NCBI GenBank assembly: GCA_963793305.1
Contig: CAWBZV010000003.1
Location: forward strand, 352,001-416,000
Length of the DNA stretch: 64,000 nucleotides
Direction of reading: 5' to 3'
DNA from: an uncultured Gemmatimonadales bacterium
GTDB taxonomy: Bacteria > Gemmatimonadota > Gemmatimonadetes > Gemmatimonadales > Gemmatimonadaceae
The stretch's first letter is position 1, and each line of letters opens with the position of its first letter. Of the stretch, positions 39,662-50,051 are shown piece by piece. Position numbers and translations under genes: made by a program. The notes under the pieces were generated by a model that had not been told where the DNA came from, did not search any database, and saw only the letters and a program-made list of their open reading frames with translations.

Positions 39662-40982
39662 CGACACGATTGACACGATCGCCGCGCTCTCGACTCCGCC
39701 TGGCCGCGGAGCCCTCGCGCTCATTCGCCTGAGCGGCCCGCGTGCGTGGGAGATCGCGGAGTCGGTCCTCACGCCGTGGCCACTCACACCACGCCGTGCG
39801 ACCTTGGTCTCTGTGCGCGACCCTGCGACAGCCGTGGTCCTCGACCGGCCGATCGCGACACTGTACGAAGCGCCACACAGTTTCACGGGTGAGCACGCGG
39901 TCGAGATCACGACGCACGGTGGCGCGATCGTCCCGGCCACCGTCCTCGCCGCGCTCGTCTCCGCTGGCGCACGCCCGGCGCTCCCCGGCGAGTTCACCCG
40001 CCGCGCGGTACTCAACGGCAAGCTCGATCTCGCCCAAGCCGAAGCGATCGGCGATCTCGTCGACGCCCGCAGCCCCTCGGCCCAACGCGTCGCGCTCTCC
40101 CAGCTCGACGGCGGACTCTCGCGCCGCGTCGCCGCGCTGCGCACGGCCTTGCTCGACACCGAGGCGTTGATCGCCTACGACATCGACTTCCCTGAAGAAG
40201 ACGACGGCCCGATCCCGCGCGAGCGCGTCGCCAGGTCCGCCGCGACGGCCGCCGCCTCACTGGCGCAGCTGCTGGCCACCGCGCCCATTGGCGAGCTGGT
40301 ACGCGATGGCGCGCTCGTCGTCATCGCGGGGCCGCCAAACGCCGGCAAGTCGTCACTGTTCAATGCTCTCTTGGGCCGCGCCCGGGCACTCGTCACCGAT
40401 GTCCCCGGGACCACGCGCGACGCGATCGAAGCGCTCGTCGAGCCCACGGGAGCTGCGTTTCCCTTACGGCTGGTCGATACGGCGGGCCTGCGCGAGACCG
40501 CCGACACGGTCGAGCGGCTCGGCATCGAAGTAAGCGAGCGCTATCTGCGCGACGCACACGCGGTGCTCGCCTGCGGCGAGACCGCCCCTGCTCTCACCGA
40601 AACCGTCGCGCGCGTGCACGCGCTTACCCCGGCGCCGGTCGTGCCGGTCCGCACCAAGGCCGATCTCTACGGAGTCGGGGTGAGTGCCGAAACCGGTCAA
40701 GGTTTGCGCGAGCTTCTAGACGAGGTGTATCGCGCGATCGGCTCGACGCCCAGTGACCCCGATACGCCAATAGTCACCCGTGCTCGACACCGGGCGAGTC
40801 TTACCGAGGCCGAGGCCGAGCTATGTCAGTTTCAGGACACCTGGGCGGCCGGCGCGGTGCCGGCAGTAATTGCCGCGGTCCACCTGCGCGCGGCGGTGCA
40901 CGCGCTCGAAGAGATTATCGGCGCCGTCGACACCGAGGATATTCTGGACCGCTTGTTCGCCGAGTTCTGCGTCGGAAAGTAA
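39651..40982 (+). CDS. mnmE: tRNA modification GTPase MnmE/TrmE
   Basis: [42 protein letters not shown]-terminal FCVGK. Confidence 0.97.
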   Translation: MLSDDTIDTIAALSTPPGRGALALIRLSGPRAWEIAESVLTPWPLTPRRATLVSVRDPATAVVLDRPIATLYEAPHSFTGEHAVEITTHGGAIVPATVLAALVSAGARPALPGEFTRRAVLNGKLDLAQAEAIGDLVDARSPSAQRVALSQLDGGLSRRVAALRTALLDTEALIAYDIDFPEEDDGPIPRERVARSAATAAASLAQLLATAPIGELVRDGALVVIAGPPNAGKSSLFNALLGRARALVTDVPGTTRDAIEALVEPTGAAFPLRLVDTAGLRETADTVERLGIEVSERYLRDAHAVLACGETAPALTETVARVHALTPAPVVPVRTKADLYGVGVSAETGQGLRELLDEVYRAIGSTPSDPDTPIVTRARHRASLTEAEAELCQFQDTWAAGAVPAVIAAVHLRAAVHALEEIIGAVDTEDILDRLFAEFCVGK

Positions 40983-40985
40983 GAT

Positions 40986-41681
40986 CTAGACTGCCGCGAC
41001 CGGGCGCCGCTCGGCGTCGCGAAGCCGGCGAGCAATAATAGTGTGGTTCTTGGCCGACGCGATCATCGCTGGCGTCTGCCCGGTGTCCATGTGCGCCGAC
41101 GGATCGGCGCCGAGTCGGAGCAGGGCCTCGACCGCCGGGGCCGCACCGCGGGATGCGGCGTTGTGCAATGGCGTGATCCCCGACGCCGCGCGCGCGTTTG
41201 GCGTGGCGCCGCGACGGACCAGGAGCTCGATCACCGTCGGATTGCACACGCCAGTGACGGCCAGATGCAGCGGGGTATTCGCCATGGCATCGCGCACGGT
41301 CGCATTCGGATCCGCGCCCGCATCGAGCACGCGGCGCAGCGCCACGGACTGACCCGCGAACGCCGCGAGGTGCGCAATCGTCCACCCGTTCGCCATGCGC
41401 TCGCGCACGATCGCCGGGTTGGTCTCCAGCAGCGCTACGAGTCGCGGGATGCACCCAACGGCCGCCGCCTCGAACGCATCGAGCTCCGTCCGCTCGGCCA
41501 CCAGCACCGCCACGTCGAGTCGACGGCGAAAGACCGCGGGGAGCACGATGCTCTCCCCAGTCATCTTTCGCGCCGCGGGTACCAACTCCGGCGCGGCCGC
41601 GAGCAATGCGCGGACCGCGACGAGGTCACCGCAACGAACGGCTTCGACGAATGCGTGCGTGGCTAGCGGGTACTCGCGCAC
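40986..41681 (-). CDS. Ankyrin repeat protein
   Basis: GWTIAHLAA, NTPLHLAV, GITPLHNAA, GQTP repeats. Confidence 0.88.
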   Translation of the reverse strand: MREYPLATHAFVEAVRCGDLVAVRALLAAAPELVPAARKMTGESIVLPAVFRRRLDVAVLVAERTELDAFEAAAVGCIPRLVALLETNPAIVRERMANGWTIAHLAAFAGQSVALRRVLDAGADPNATVRDAMANTPLHLAVTGVCNPTVIELLVRRGATPNARAASGITPLHNAASRGAAPAVEALLRLGADPSAHMDTGQTPAMIASAKNHTIIARRLRDAERRPVAAV

Positions 41682-41728
41682 CAGGGCTCTCCAGACCGAA
41701 ACAGGGACCCAAACCCTAGCCCATCTAT

Positions 41729-41929
41729 TTACTGGTTGTCAACACCTTTGGTCGCCGACCGCCAGATTTCGTCGGCGAGCCACTCAAGGCGCTGTTGCGC
41801 GTAGTGGATGTCTTCCGGCGCCATTGTGCGATGTTCGCGCGTCAATGTGCGTACGTGCACAACTAGCTCGTCGAGCAACTCACGCAGCTCGATGCGCTCG
41901 CGGCGGTCGCCATCCTGACGCTTAGGCAT
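41729..41929 (-). CDS. Small hypothetical helical protein
   Basis: MPKRQDGDRRERIELRELLDELV..QQRLEWLADEIW; in operon context. Confidence 0.6.
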   Translation of the reverse strand: MPKRQDGDRRERIELRELLDELVVHVRTLTREHRTMAPEDIHYAQQRLEWLADEIWRSATKGVDNQ

Positions 41930-41933
41930 GCAC

Positions 41934-42872
41934 TCACGCCGAGGCAGCGGTTGTCCGAGCAAGCGCCGCGATCTCCTCTGCGCTCGCCCTAATACACCAC
42001 GCCAAGCCATTTGCCGCGACAGCAGGCTCGGCCATCCGTGCGCCGAGGTAGTATCCGCTGCGCTCAGGGAGCACGTAGCGGTCGACAGTGCGCGCTTCGT
42101 CGCTCACGCCACCCGATAGATAGCGCAAGCGAAGCCCGAGGCCCCGGGAATGGAGGTCGGCGTCGGCAGAGCGAGCGATGACCGACTCCAGCTCGCGAAC
42201 GCGCGCGTACTGGCGACGCCCGTAGCCGAAGTACTCCCACGCCGCGTGCCCAGGCGCGAGTGCGCGCGAGACGTGGACGGCGAGGCCCTCGTTCACGACG
42301 TGCTCGCGCAGGGTCGCGTGTCGACCCGTCTCCCAGTACGAGTACTCGCCCCCATCAAGCCGAATCAGCGACGAGAGCTCGCTGCGACTCGTCGGCGAGG
42401 TGTAGCGCACCGCGTGCGCGATCTCGTGCGACAGCCACAACGGGATGAGCTCGGGCTCGAGCCCCAAGCCCGCGGTCTCGGGATTCTGCACACTCGTAAA
42501 GTGCTCGAGGCAGACAAACGCGACGCCGCGACCACGCACGACGAGCTCACCCGCGTTGGCGGCGCCGACGCCGACCATGAGCACCGTGTCGACCTCAACG
42601 TCGGACTCGAGCACACCCGCGCATGCCTCGGCCGTGACGCGCGCGAGCGCCGCGACATCGGTGCGCTCGACGAGCGCGATGAGATCCGAGCGGTCGGCGA
42701 GCGCGGCCGAACGCACGACTTCGGCGAAGTGCGGGCCGTCAGGGTCGACGACGTAGTTGTGCCAGTACGACTCGAGCAGCGGTCGGTGCGCTTCGTAGTA
42801 GCGCAGATACGCTTGGAGCCGATCGGTGCTGTTCAATACCGCGAAGAAGTCTGGCAGCAGGTTGATCAGCAT
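41934..42872 (-). CDS. Putative Zn-dependent protease (DUF2268-like)
   Basis: HEIAH, NEGLA and GYYLG motifs; start MLINLLPDFF. Confidence 0.65.
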   Translation of the reverse strand: MLINLLPDFFAVLNSTDRLQAYLRYYEAHRPLLESYWHNYVVDPDGPHFAEVVRSAALADRSDLIALVERTDVAALARVTAEACAGVLESDVEVDTVLMVGVGAANAGELVVRGRGVAFVCLEHFTSVQNPETAGLGLEPELIPLWLSHEIAHAVRYTSPTSRSELSSLIRLDGGEYSYWETGRHATLREHVVNEGLAVHVSRALAPGHAAWEYFGYGRRQYARVRELESVIARSADADLHSRGLGLRLRYLSGGVSDEARTVDRYVLPERSGYYLGARMAEPAVAANGLAWCIRASAEEIAALARTTAASA

Positions 42873-42903
42873 CGCGGCGTCAAGATAGCCGTTCAACGAG
42901 TGT

Positions 42904-43533
42904 TCAGCGAGTACCGAACAACCGATCACCCGCGTCACCGAGCCCTGGCAGGATGTATCCGTGTGTGTTGAGCTCGCGATCGACCGCCGCGCAGTACACG
43001 TGAACGTCCGGATGCGCTTTGGCGAGGCGCTCGAGACCGAATGGCGCGGCAACGACGCACAGAAACTTGATGCGCGTCGCACCCGCGCGTTTGAGCGAGG
43101 CGACGGCCGAGACGGCGCTGCCACCGGTCGCCAACATCGGATCGAGCAGAAAGAAGTCGCGCGCGGACGCGTCGCCCGGCACGCGAAAGTAGTAGTCGAC
43201 GGGTTCGAGCGTGTCGTGATCGCGATAGAGCCCAATGTGTCCGACGCGCGCGCCTGGGACCAGCCGTAACACGCCTTCGACCATTCCGAGACCCGCGCGG
43301 AGAATCGGCACGAGCACGAGCTTCTTGCCGGAGACCCGCACGCCGCTCGTGCGCTCGAGCGGCGTGTCGACTTCCGTGAGCTCCAGTGGCAAATCGCTCG
43401 TCGCTTCGTAGGCCATCAGCATCGCGATCTCGTCGAGCAGCTCTTTGAAGATCTTGGTCGGCGTGCGCCGATCGCGGAGCAGCGTGACTTTATGTTGGAT
43501 CAGCGGGTGTCGCGCGACCGTGAGGGTGTCCAT
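42904..43533 (-). CDS. upp: Uracil phosphoribosyltransferase
   Basis: [45 protein letters not shown]. Confidence 0.97.
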   Translation of the reverse strand: MDTLTVARHPLIQHKVTLLRDRRTPTKIFKELLDEIAMLMAYEATSDLPLELTEVDTPLERTSGVRVSGKKLVLVPILRAGLGMVEGVLRLVPGARVGHIGLYRDHDTLEPVDYYFRVPGDASARDFFLLDPMLATGGSAVSAVASLKRAGATRIKFLCVVAAPFGLERLAKAHPDVHVYCAAVDRELNTHGYILPGLGDAGDRLFGTR

Positions 43534-43547
43534 TATTCTTTACTCTC

Positions 43548-43745
43548 GTGAAAGAATACCAAGCCGTCATGGTGAAGCTCACGCGATCCACGCGTGAGGA
43601 TGAAGATGCGCTCACCGATCTCTTGAACGAGCGCAGTCGCGGCGGATGGGAGCCCGCGCTCATCGCGCAGAGTGGCGCGCCGGGAGCGCCGGGCGGCGAA
43701 CGACTCACCGTGATCTTCCAGCGCGTGACGGCGGCCGAACGCTAA
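43548..43745 (+). CDS. Small hypothetical protein (DUF4177-like)
   Basis: KEYQAV..LLNERSRGGWE..VIFQR. Confidence 0.55.
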   Translation: MKEYQAVMVKLTRSTREDEDALTDLLNERSRGGWEPALIAQSGAPGAPGGERLTVIFQRVTAAER

Positions 43746-43770
43746 AAAACCCCGCGCGCGCTGTGTCGAC

Positions 43771-44367
43771 GTGAAGCTCCGACTCGTCGCGGCGATCATC
43801 GCGGGCGTGCTGCTGGCGTGGCTGACGTCGGCCCTGCTGGTCGTCGTCTGGAGCCAACGCAATGCCTCGCGACCGGCCGCCGCGATCGTCGTGCTCGGCG
43901 CCGCGCAATACGTCGGCCGCCCGTCGCCGGTGCTCAAAGCGCGACTGGATCACGCGATCACGCTGTACAAGAATGGGTTGGCGCCCGTGCTCATTGTCAC
44001 AGGTGGCAAGGGTCCGCGCGACACGTTGAGTGAGGCCGAGGCGTCGTTCGCATATGCCGTGAGACAGGGCGTGCCCGACAGTGCCATCGTGGTCGAAGCT
44101 GCTGGCCGCACATCGGATGAGTCGATGCGCGCGGTCGCCGACACGATGCGCGCGCGCGGGATGCGGGATGCCGTTTTGGTGAGCGACCCCTTCCATATGC
44201 TGCGCTTGCAAGTGCTCGCAACACAATTGGGCATCACACCCTATACGTCCCCGACGCAGACCAGTCCCATCTCCGCAAACCGCGAGCTCGTCGCTGAATA
44301 TGTCTTCAGTGAGTCCATTAAGGTGCCATTCACATTATTGAGAGGCGCCGTGAATCAACCTAGGTAG
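43771..44367 (+). CDS. YdcF/DUF218 family protein
   Basis: AIVVLGAA, RLDHA, IVTGG, SEA, LVSDPFHMLR. Confidence 0.88.
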   Translation: MKLRLVAAIIAGVLLAWLTSALLVVVWSQRNASRPAAAIVVLGAAQYVGRPSPVLKARLDHAITLYKNGLAPVLIVTGGKGPRDTLSEAEASFAYAVRQGVPDSAIVVEAAGRTSDESMRAVADTMRARGMRDAVLVSDPFHMLRLQVLATQLGITPYTSPTQTSPISANRELVAEYVFSESIKVPFTLLRGAVNQPR

Positions 44368-44370
44368 CAC

Positions 44371-44400
44371 TTGCATTATGCGCCCGTAGGGGCACATTAT
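44371..44400 (+). promoter_or_regulatory. Candidate sigma-70 promoter of the PQQ dehydrogenase operon
   Basis: TTGCAT-18 bp-CATTAT, about 190 bp upstream of the ATG at 44592. Confidence 0.4.
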
Positions 44401-44439
44401 GTGGCGTTCACAATCGGAAGCGCCCGTTGATCTGCCAGC

Positions 44440-44473
44440 CGGGTGTCGTGCGGAGTAATCCGCGCGGCACCCG
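44440..44473 (+). other. 15-bp GNRA-capped hairpin in the operon leader
   Basis: CGGGTGTCGTGCGGA-GTAA-TCCGCGCGGCACCCG with two G-U pairs. Confidence 0.7.
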
Positions 44474-44591
44474 TTCAGGTTAAGGGGGGCTCGTTCTGGA
44501 AAACCGATCGTGAGCAACGACCGGGACGTGGATCCGGGCGAGCCTCGGGCAATGGCGGGGCGAGCGCAATAGGATCCTTTCGGAGGTAGCT

Positions 44592-46316
44592 ATGCGGATC
44601 AGCCTCGCGGTACTCAGTGCGAGTGCGCTGCTCGCGGCGACGACGCTCTATGGTCAGGAGCAGGTAGAGACAGTCACGAAGAAGACCGCGGGTCCCACGT
44701 TCACCCCGGTCACCGATGCGATGCTGAAGAACGCACGCACCGACGGGAAGAACTGGCTCATGGTCGGTCGCGACTACACGAACCAACGGTGGTCGCCCCT
44801 CACGCAGATCACCACCGAGAACGTCCACAATCTCCGCGTCAGTTGGATGTACCAGACGGGGATCGGTCGACTCGGCTCATTCGAAACCAGTCCCGTCGTT
44901 GTCGATGGCGTCATGTACGTGACGACGCCGTACTCGACCGCGATGGCGGTCGACGCGCGGACCGGCAAAGAGATCTGGCGGTACGAGCCCAAGCTCGCGA
45001 CCACGATCTTCTGCTGCGGCCCCAACAATCGCGGCGTGGCCGTGTCCGGTCAGACCGTGTACTTCGGCACGTTAGATGCGCGCCTCATCGCCCTCGACGC
45101 GCAGACGGGCAAAGTGAAGTGGAATGTCGAAGTCGCGGATCCCGATGCCGGATACAGCGAGACGCACGCGCCACTCGTGATCGGCGACAAGGTCATCGTC
45201 GGCGTCTCGGGCGGCGAGTACGGCATTCGCGGGTTCGTCCGCGCCTACAATAAGGAGACGGGCGAGGTCGTGTGGACGACCTACACGACTTTCCAGGACA
45301 AGTGGTTCGGGAATTGGTCCGAGAAGACCTGGGAAGGCGACGTCTCGCTCCATCGAAATATCGCGGCCGAAAAGGCCGATTCAGCAAAATTCGCCAATGC
45401 GTGGCAACGCGGTGGCGCCGGCGTGTGGATGAATCCAGCGTACGACGCGGCAACAAATCAGATCTTCGTGGCCAGTGGCAATCCGTCCCCCGATCTCAAT
45501 GGTGGTGTGAGACCGGGGGACGATTTGTGTTCGGACTGCATCATCGCGATGGACGTCTCGGACGGGCACGTCACCTGGTATTACCAGGAAGTCCCGCACG
45601 ATGTCTGGGACCTGGACGCCGTCTCCCCACCGGTTGTCGTGAAACTCCGCGATGGCAAGACCGCGGTGGCACAAGCCGGGAAGACCGCATGGGTCTACAT
45701 CCTTGATGCGAAAACGGGCAAACTCATCCACAAATCGGCTCCGTTCGATCGCCTCGACAACATGTTCGCGCAGCCGACGCCGGAAGGCACGCGGATGCTC
45801 CCCGGCGCCAATGGCGGATCAGAGTGGTCGCCAATGTCGGTGAATCCCACGCTCGGATACTCGTACGTCATGGGTCTCGAGCAGCCCATGCACTACATCA
45901 CGCACTCGTCCCCGCTCACCAAAGGTCAGCTCTGGCTCGGGTCTGCCTTCAAGGCCGTGCCCGGCGAGGCGCAGTATGGGACCTTCACCGCGATCGATCT
46001 CAACACAGGCAAGATCGCGTGGCAGAACAAGACGGATCAGCCGATGATCGGTGGATCGTTGGCGACGGCTGGTGGCCTCGTATTTACTGGCGAGGGCAAC
46101 GGACACTTCAATGCCTTCGATGCGAAGACCGGTAAGCTGCTGTGGCACTTTGTGGCGGGCGCAGGATGCAACGCGCCGCCCGTGAGCTATGAGCTCGATG
46201 GCAAGCAATACGTCGCCGCGGCATGCGGCGGCAACTTCCAGCTCGGCTATCCGCTCGGCGATGCGGTGCTCGTGTTTGCGCTTCCCACGACATCGGCAGC
46301 ACCAGCGGCCAAGTGA
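44592..46316 (+). CDS. PQQ-dependent alcohol dehydrogenase family protein, predicted lanthanide-binding
   Basis: GGAGG RBS, signal peptide; vicinal CC (FCCGPNNRG), GGEYGIRG, GNPSP, PHDVWDLDA; Trp-docking propeller repeats. Confidence 0.9.
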   Translation: MRISLAVLSASALLAATTLYGQEQVETVTKKTAGPTFTPVTDAMLKNARTDGKNWLMVGRDYTNQRWSPLTQITTENVHNLRVSWMYQTGIGRLGSFETSPVVVDGVMYVTTPYSTAMAVDARTGKEIWRYEPKLATTIFCCGPNNRGVAVSGQTVYFGTLDARLIALDAQTGKVKWNVEVADPDAGYSETHAPLVIGDKVIVGVSGGEYGIRGFVRAYNKETGEVVWTTYTTFQDKWFGNWSEKTWEGDVSLHRNIAAEKADSAKFANAWQRGGAGVWMNPAYDAATNQIFVASGNPSPDLNGGVRPGDDLCSDCIIAMDVSDGHVTWYYQEVPHDVWDLDAVSPPVVVKLRDGKTAVAQAGKTAWVYILDAKTGKLIHKSAPFDRLDNMFAQPTPEGTRMLPGANGGSEWSPMSVNPTLGYSYVMGLEQPMHYITHSSPLTKGQLWLGSAFKAVPGEAQYGTFTAIDLNTGKIAWQNKTDQPMIGGSLATAGGLVFTGEGNGHFNAFDAKTGKLLWHFVAGAGCNAPPVSYELDGKQYVAAACGGNFQLGYPLGDAVLVFALPTTSAAPAAK

Positions 46317-46326
46317 CGACTGGGTT

Positions 46327-46695
46327 ATGCGGTGGATCACGACGGTGGCGTTGGTGGCCGGTACGGTTGGACTCGGGGCTATGGGGGTCCTCGGGCAACC
46401 GACCGTGCCGGCGCCGACACACCTAGGCGGCGCATACTGGAAGCAGTTGAGCGCTGGTGAGAAGCAGGCATACCTGTCTGGATTTCTGGCTGGTGCGGCG
46501 GCGGAACAGGCGCGGGCTGCCGCGACGGCGATCGATACGATGCGTGCACAGGGTACGCTCCGCTATCGGTTTGCTCCACACGTCTACGCCGCGCAGATCG
46601 ATGATTTCTACTGGTGGCAGGACCGCGTCAGCGTGCCGATCGTCGACGCCATGGCGCAAATCAATGGCGCCATGGCCGATCAGCAACGGCGCTAA
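46327..46695 (+). CDS. Small exported hypothetical protein
   Basis: Signal peptide; GAYWKQLSAGEKQAYLSGF..IDDFY. Confidence 0.7.
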   Translation: MRWITTVALVAGTVGLGAMGVLGQPTVPAPTHLGGAYWKQLSAGEKQAYLSGFLAGAAAEQARAAATAIDTMRAQGTLRYRFAPHVYAAQIDDFYWWQDRVSVPIVDAMAQINGAMADQQRR

Positions 46696-46723
46696 CGGGT
46701 CACACTTCTCTGAAGGAGAGACA

Positions 46724-48028
46724 ATGAAACGATTCGCTGTGTTGGGTCTGACCGCGCTCCTCGTGCTCGCTGGTACCGCCCGCACCGCCCGCGCACAGCT
46801 GGTCATGCAGATGACGAACGGCTGGAACTTCACGTTCGCCGGGAACGTCAACGCGTTCTACGTCGAGCAGTGGGGCAATGCCAGAGCGGGCAATGCGTCG
46901 ATCAACGGCGGTCTCGTCTCGCAAGGTCAGGGCACCAACGCCAACATCCGCACGGGTCTCTTACCGGCAACAGTCGCGTTCGACGCGAAGGGCAAAGAAG
47001 GCGACGTGCTGATCGACGTGCACTTCGGGTTCTATCCCGAGATTCAGAACGGCGGATGCGGCGCGGGCTGCGTCGGCAACGCCCACGACCAGTTCGGCGC
47101 GCAGATCGACATGCGCCAGGTCTACCTGACATTCAGCAGCAGCTGGGGCCAGATCCTCGCCGGACGCGAGATCGATCTCTACCAGCGCCAGAACATCCTG
47201 ACCGACGCCACGCTGTTCGGCGTCGGCGCAACGGGTGGCAACCTCGCCGCCGGCGGCACGACGCTCGGCCGCATCGGCTTCGGGTACGTCTATCCGAACT
47301 TCAACGCGCAGATCACCTACAGCACGCCGGCCACGAGCCCGCTGCAATGGTCGATCGGCGTGTTCCAACCAGACAACATCGGCGGCGCGCAGACCGCGCC
47401 CGCGCGATCCTACGGCTACACGCCACTCCCGCGCATTGAGACCGAGGTCTCGTATACCGCCAAGCTCGGACAAAACTCGACGGACAAAGCCATGTTGTGG
47501 GCCAGCGGCACATGGCAGCAGGCGCAGGACGCGCCAACCGGGGTCGACACTGTCTCGTCCCCGGGTGATACAGGTGTCGGCGCGACGCACAAAGTGAACG
47601 CCGTCGGCGCCGCGGGTGGCATCAAGCTCGACATCTCGCGTCTGTCCCTCGTCGGCTCCGGCTACTACGGCAGAGGCATCGGCACGGTCCTCGGCTTTGG
47701 CGCCGACGCGCTCGATGGCAACCCCAGCGGTTCGCAGGTACGGCCGTCGTACGGCTATATCGGTCAGGTCTCGCTCAAGATCGATCCGAAGTGGACCGCA
47801 GTGGCGAGCTGGGGCGAGAGCATGGCGTCAGGAACGCACTTCGACGACGTCAGTGGCGCCAATCTGACGCTACTCAAGTACAACGCGCTTGGCGTTGGAT
47901 CGATCGTGTACCAGGCGACCAAGTCGCTCAAGTGGGTCGTCGAGTACGACTACACGGAAGCCGCGAACCAGAGCCACGAAAAGAACGTTGCCAACCAGGC
48001 GGCGACTGGCTTTATGGTGTTCTTCTGA
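46724..48028 (+). CDS. Outer-membrane porin
   Basis: AAGGAG RBS, signal peptide, amphipathic strands, IRTGLLP, TTLGRIGFGY, C-terminal Phe. Confidence 0.82.
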   Translation: MKRFAVLGLTALLVLAGTARTARAQLVMQMTNGWNFTFAGNVNAFYVEQWGNARAGNASINGGLVSQGQGTNANIRTGLLPATVAFDAKGKEGDVLIDVHFGFYPEIQNGGCGAGCVGNAHDQFGAQIDMRQVYLTFSSSWGQILAGREIDLYQRQNILTDATLFGVGATGGNLAAGGTTLGRIGFGYVYPNFNAQITYSTPATSPLQWSIGVFQPDNIGGAQTAPARSYGYTPLPRIETEVSYTAKLGQNSTDKAMLWASGTWQQAQDAPTGVDTVSSPGDTGVGATHKVNAVGAAGGIKLDISRLSLVGSGYYGRGIGTVLGFGADALDGNPSGSQVRPSYGYIGQVSLKIDPKWTAVASWGESMASGTHFDDVSGANLTLLKYNALGVGSIVYQATKSLKWVVEYDYTEAANQSHEKNVANQAATGFMVFF

Positions 48029-48155
48029 TCAATTCGAGCGGGGGGAATAGGTGACATGACTAAGTCCGAACGCAGTCCGCCGTCGTAGAACCAGCAGTCG
48101 GCTGGGCACAATTGGAAGCTTTCAACGGGACTCATCTAACACACGGGGCAAGCTC

Positions 48156-49965
48156 ATGAATCAACTCAACCGCCCGATTGCGATCGGTGCGTTGGTCGCC
48201 GGCTCACTGGCGCTGTGTACCGCTACGGCGGTCGCACAGGACCAGTTGGCGGACATGACGAAGGATGCAAACCAGTGGGTGATGACAGGTCGGACGTACG
48301 ACCTGCAGCGCTACAGCCCACTGACGCAGATCAACGCCACGAACGTGGCGCACCTCCACGCCGCGTGGAGCTTCTCGACCGGGACGCTGCGCGGACACGA
48401 GGGCAACCCCCTCGTCATCGGCAGCGTCATGTACCTGCACTCGTCGTTCCCGAACAAGGTCTACGCGCTGGATCTCTCCAAGCCCGGCGCGCCCCAAATC
48501 TGGCAGTACACGCCCGAACAGGACGCCAATGTCATCCCGATCGCCTGCTGCGACGTGGTGAACCGCGGGCTCGCCTATCACCCTTCGGGCAAGCTCTACA
48601 TCGAGCTCCTGCAGGGCGACTTACTCGCCCTCGACGCCAAGACCGGCAAGAAGATCTTCCAGGTCAAGTCGGCCGATTTCCACAAGGGCGAGACGATGAC
48701 CAACGCCCCGCTCGTGGTGAAGAACGTCGTCATCACGGGGATCTCGGGCGGCGAGTTCGGGGTTAGGGGCCGGGTCACGGCCTTCGACGCCATGGACGGC
48801 CACGAGGTGTGGCGCGCCTACTCGACGGGGCCGGATGCCGATGTGAAGATCACGGGCACGCCGAACGCGAACTATCCGTCGATGCAGGGGAAGGACCTGG
48901 GCGTCTCGACGTGGCAGGGCGATGAGTGGCAGCACGGGGGCGGGACGACCTGGGGCTGGTACTCGTATGACCCGAAGCTGAACCTCTTCTACTACGGCTC
49001 GGGCAACCCCGGGACGTGGAACCCCGACCAGCGGCCGGGCGACAACAAGTGGTCGATGACGATCTGGGCCCGCAACCCGGAGACGGGGGAAGTGAAGTGG
49101 GTCTACCAAATGACGCCGCACGACGCGTGGGACTATGACGGCGTCAACGAGATGGTGCTGATCGATACCAAAGACGGGAAGAAGATCCTGACCCACTTCG
49201 ACCGGAACGGGTTCGGCTACACGCTCGATCGGACGAACGGGAAGGTGTTGGTCGCCAACGCGTTCGGGCCGGTGAACTGGGCCAAGTCGATCGATCTGAC
49301 GACGGGTCGCCCGGTCGAGGATGCCAGCGAAGCGGACCACAGCCAAAGGCAACACCGAAGGGATCTGCCCGGCGGCGATCGGGTTCAAGGATCAGCAGCC
49401 GTCGGCGTATAGCCCAAAGACGGGCTGGAACTACGTGCCGACGAACAACATCTGCATGGACTACGAGGGCGTCGAGGTGAAGTACGCGGCGGGTCAGCCG
49501 TATGTCGGCGCGATCGTGCGGATGTTCCCGGGCCCCGGTGGCAATCGTGGGGCGTTCATCGCCTGGGATCCGATGCAGGGGAAGATCATGTGGTCGGATA
49601 AGGAGAACCTGGCCGCCTACGGTGGGGCGCTGGCGACGGCCGGTGATCTCGTCTTCTACGGGACGATGGAAGGGTGGCTCAAGGCCGTCGATCAGAAGAC
49701 GGGCAAGCTCCTGTGGGAGTTCAAGACACCGTCGGGGATTATCGGGAATCCGATGACGTATGTGGGGCCGGACGGCAAGCAGTACGTGGCCGTTCTGTCC
49801 GGCATCGGCGGCTGGGCCGGGATCGGCGTGGCGGCGGGCATTGGCGCCGAAGATCCGACGGCCGGCTTGGGCGCGTTGGGCGCCTTCGGTGACGCCGGAT
49901 CGTTCACGACGCAGGGTGGCGTGTTGACCGTCTTCTCGCTCGACTCGCCGGCAGCAGCGAAGTAA
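48156..49965 (+). CDS. xoxF: Lanthanide-dependent methanol dehydrogenase XoxF, frameshift near 49325
   Basis: [86 protein letters not shown]; no mxaI adjacent. Confidence 0.92.
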
Positions 49966-49986
49966 TAGAATCTCTTGAAGAGCACG

Positions 49987-50024
49987 CCGGGTGCCGTGGA
50001 GAGCAACTGCTCCGCGGCACCCGG
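49987..50024 (+). terminator. Hairpin after xoxF (terminator or mRNA stabiliser)
   Basis: CCGGGTGCCGTGGAG-AGCAACTG-CTCCGCGGCACCCGG followed by TCTCTT. Confidence 0.7.
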
Positions 50025-50051
50025 TCTCTTGTCGAGGTGTAGATCGAATAC

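Noticed and set aside
48029..48155. Possible pqqA precursor peptide before xoxF
   Set aside because: Only MTKSERSPPS was found; no E-x3-Y motif.
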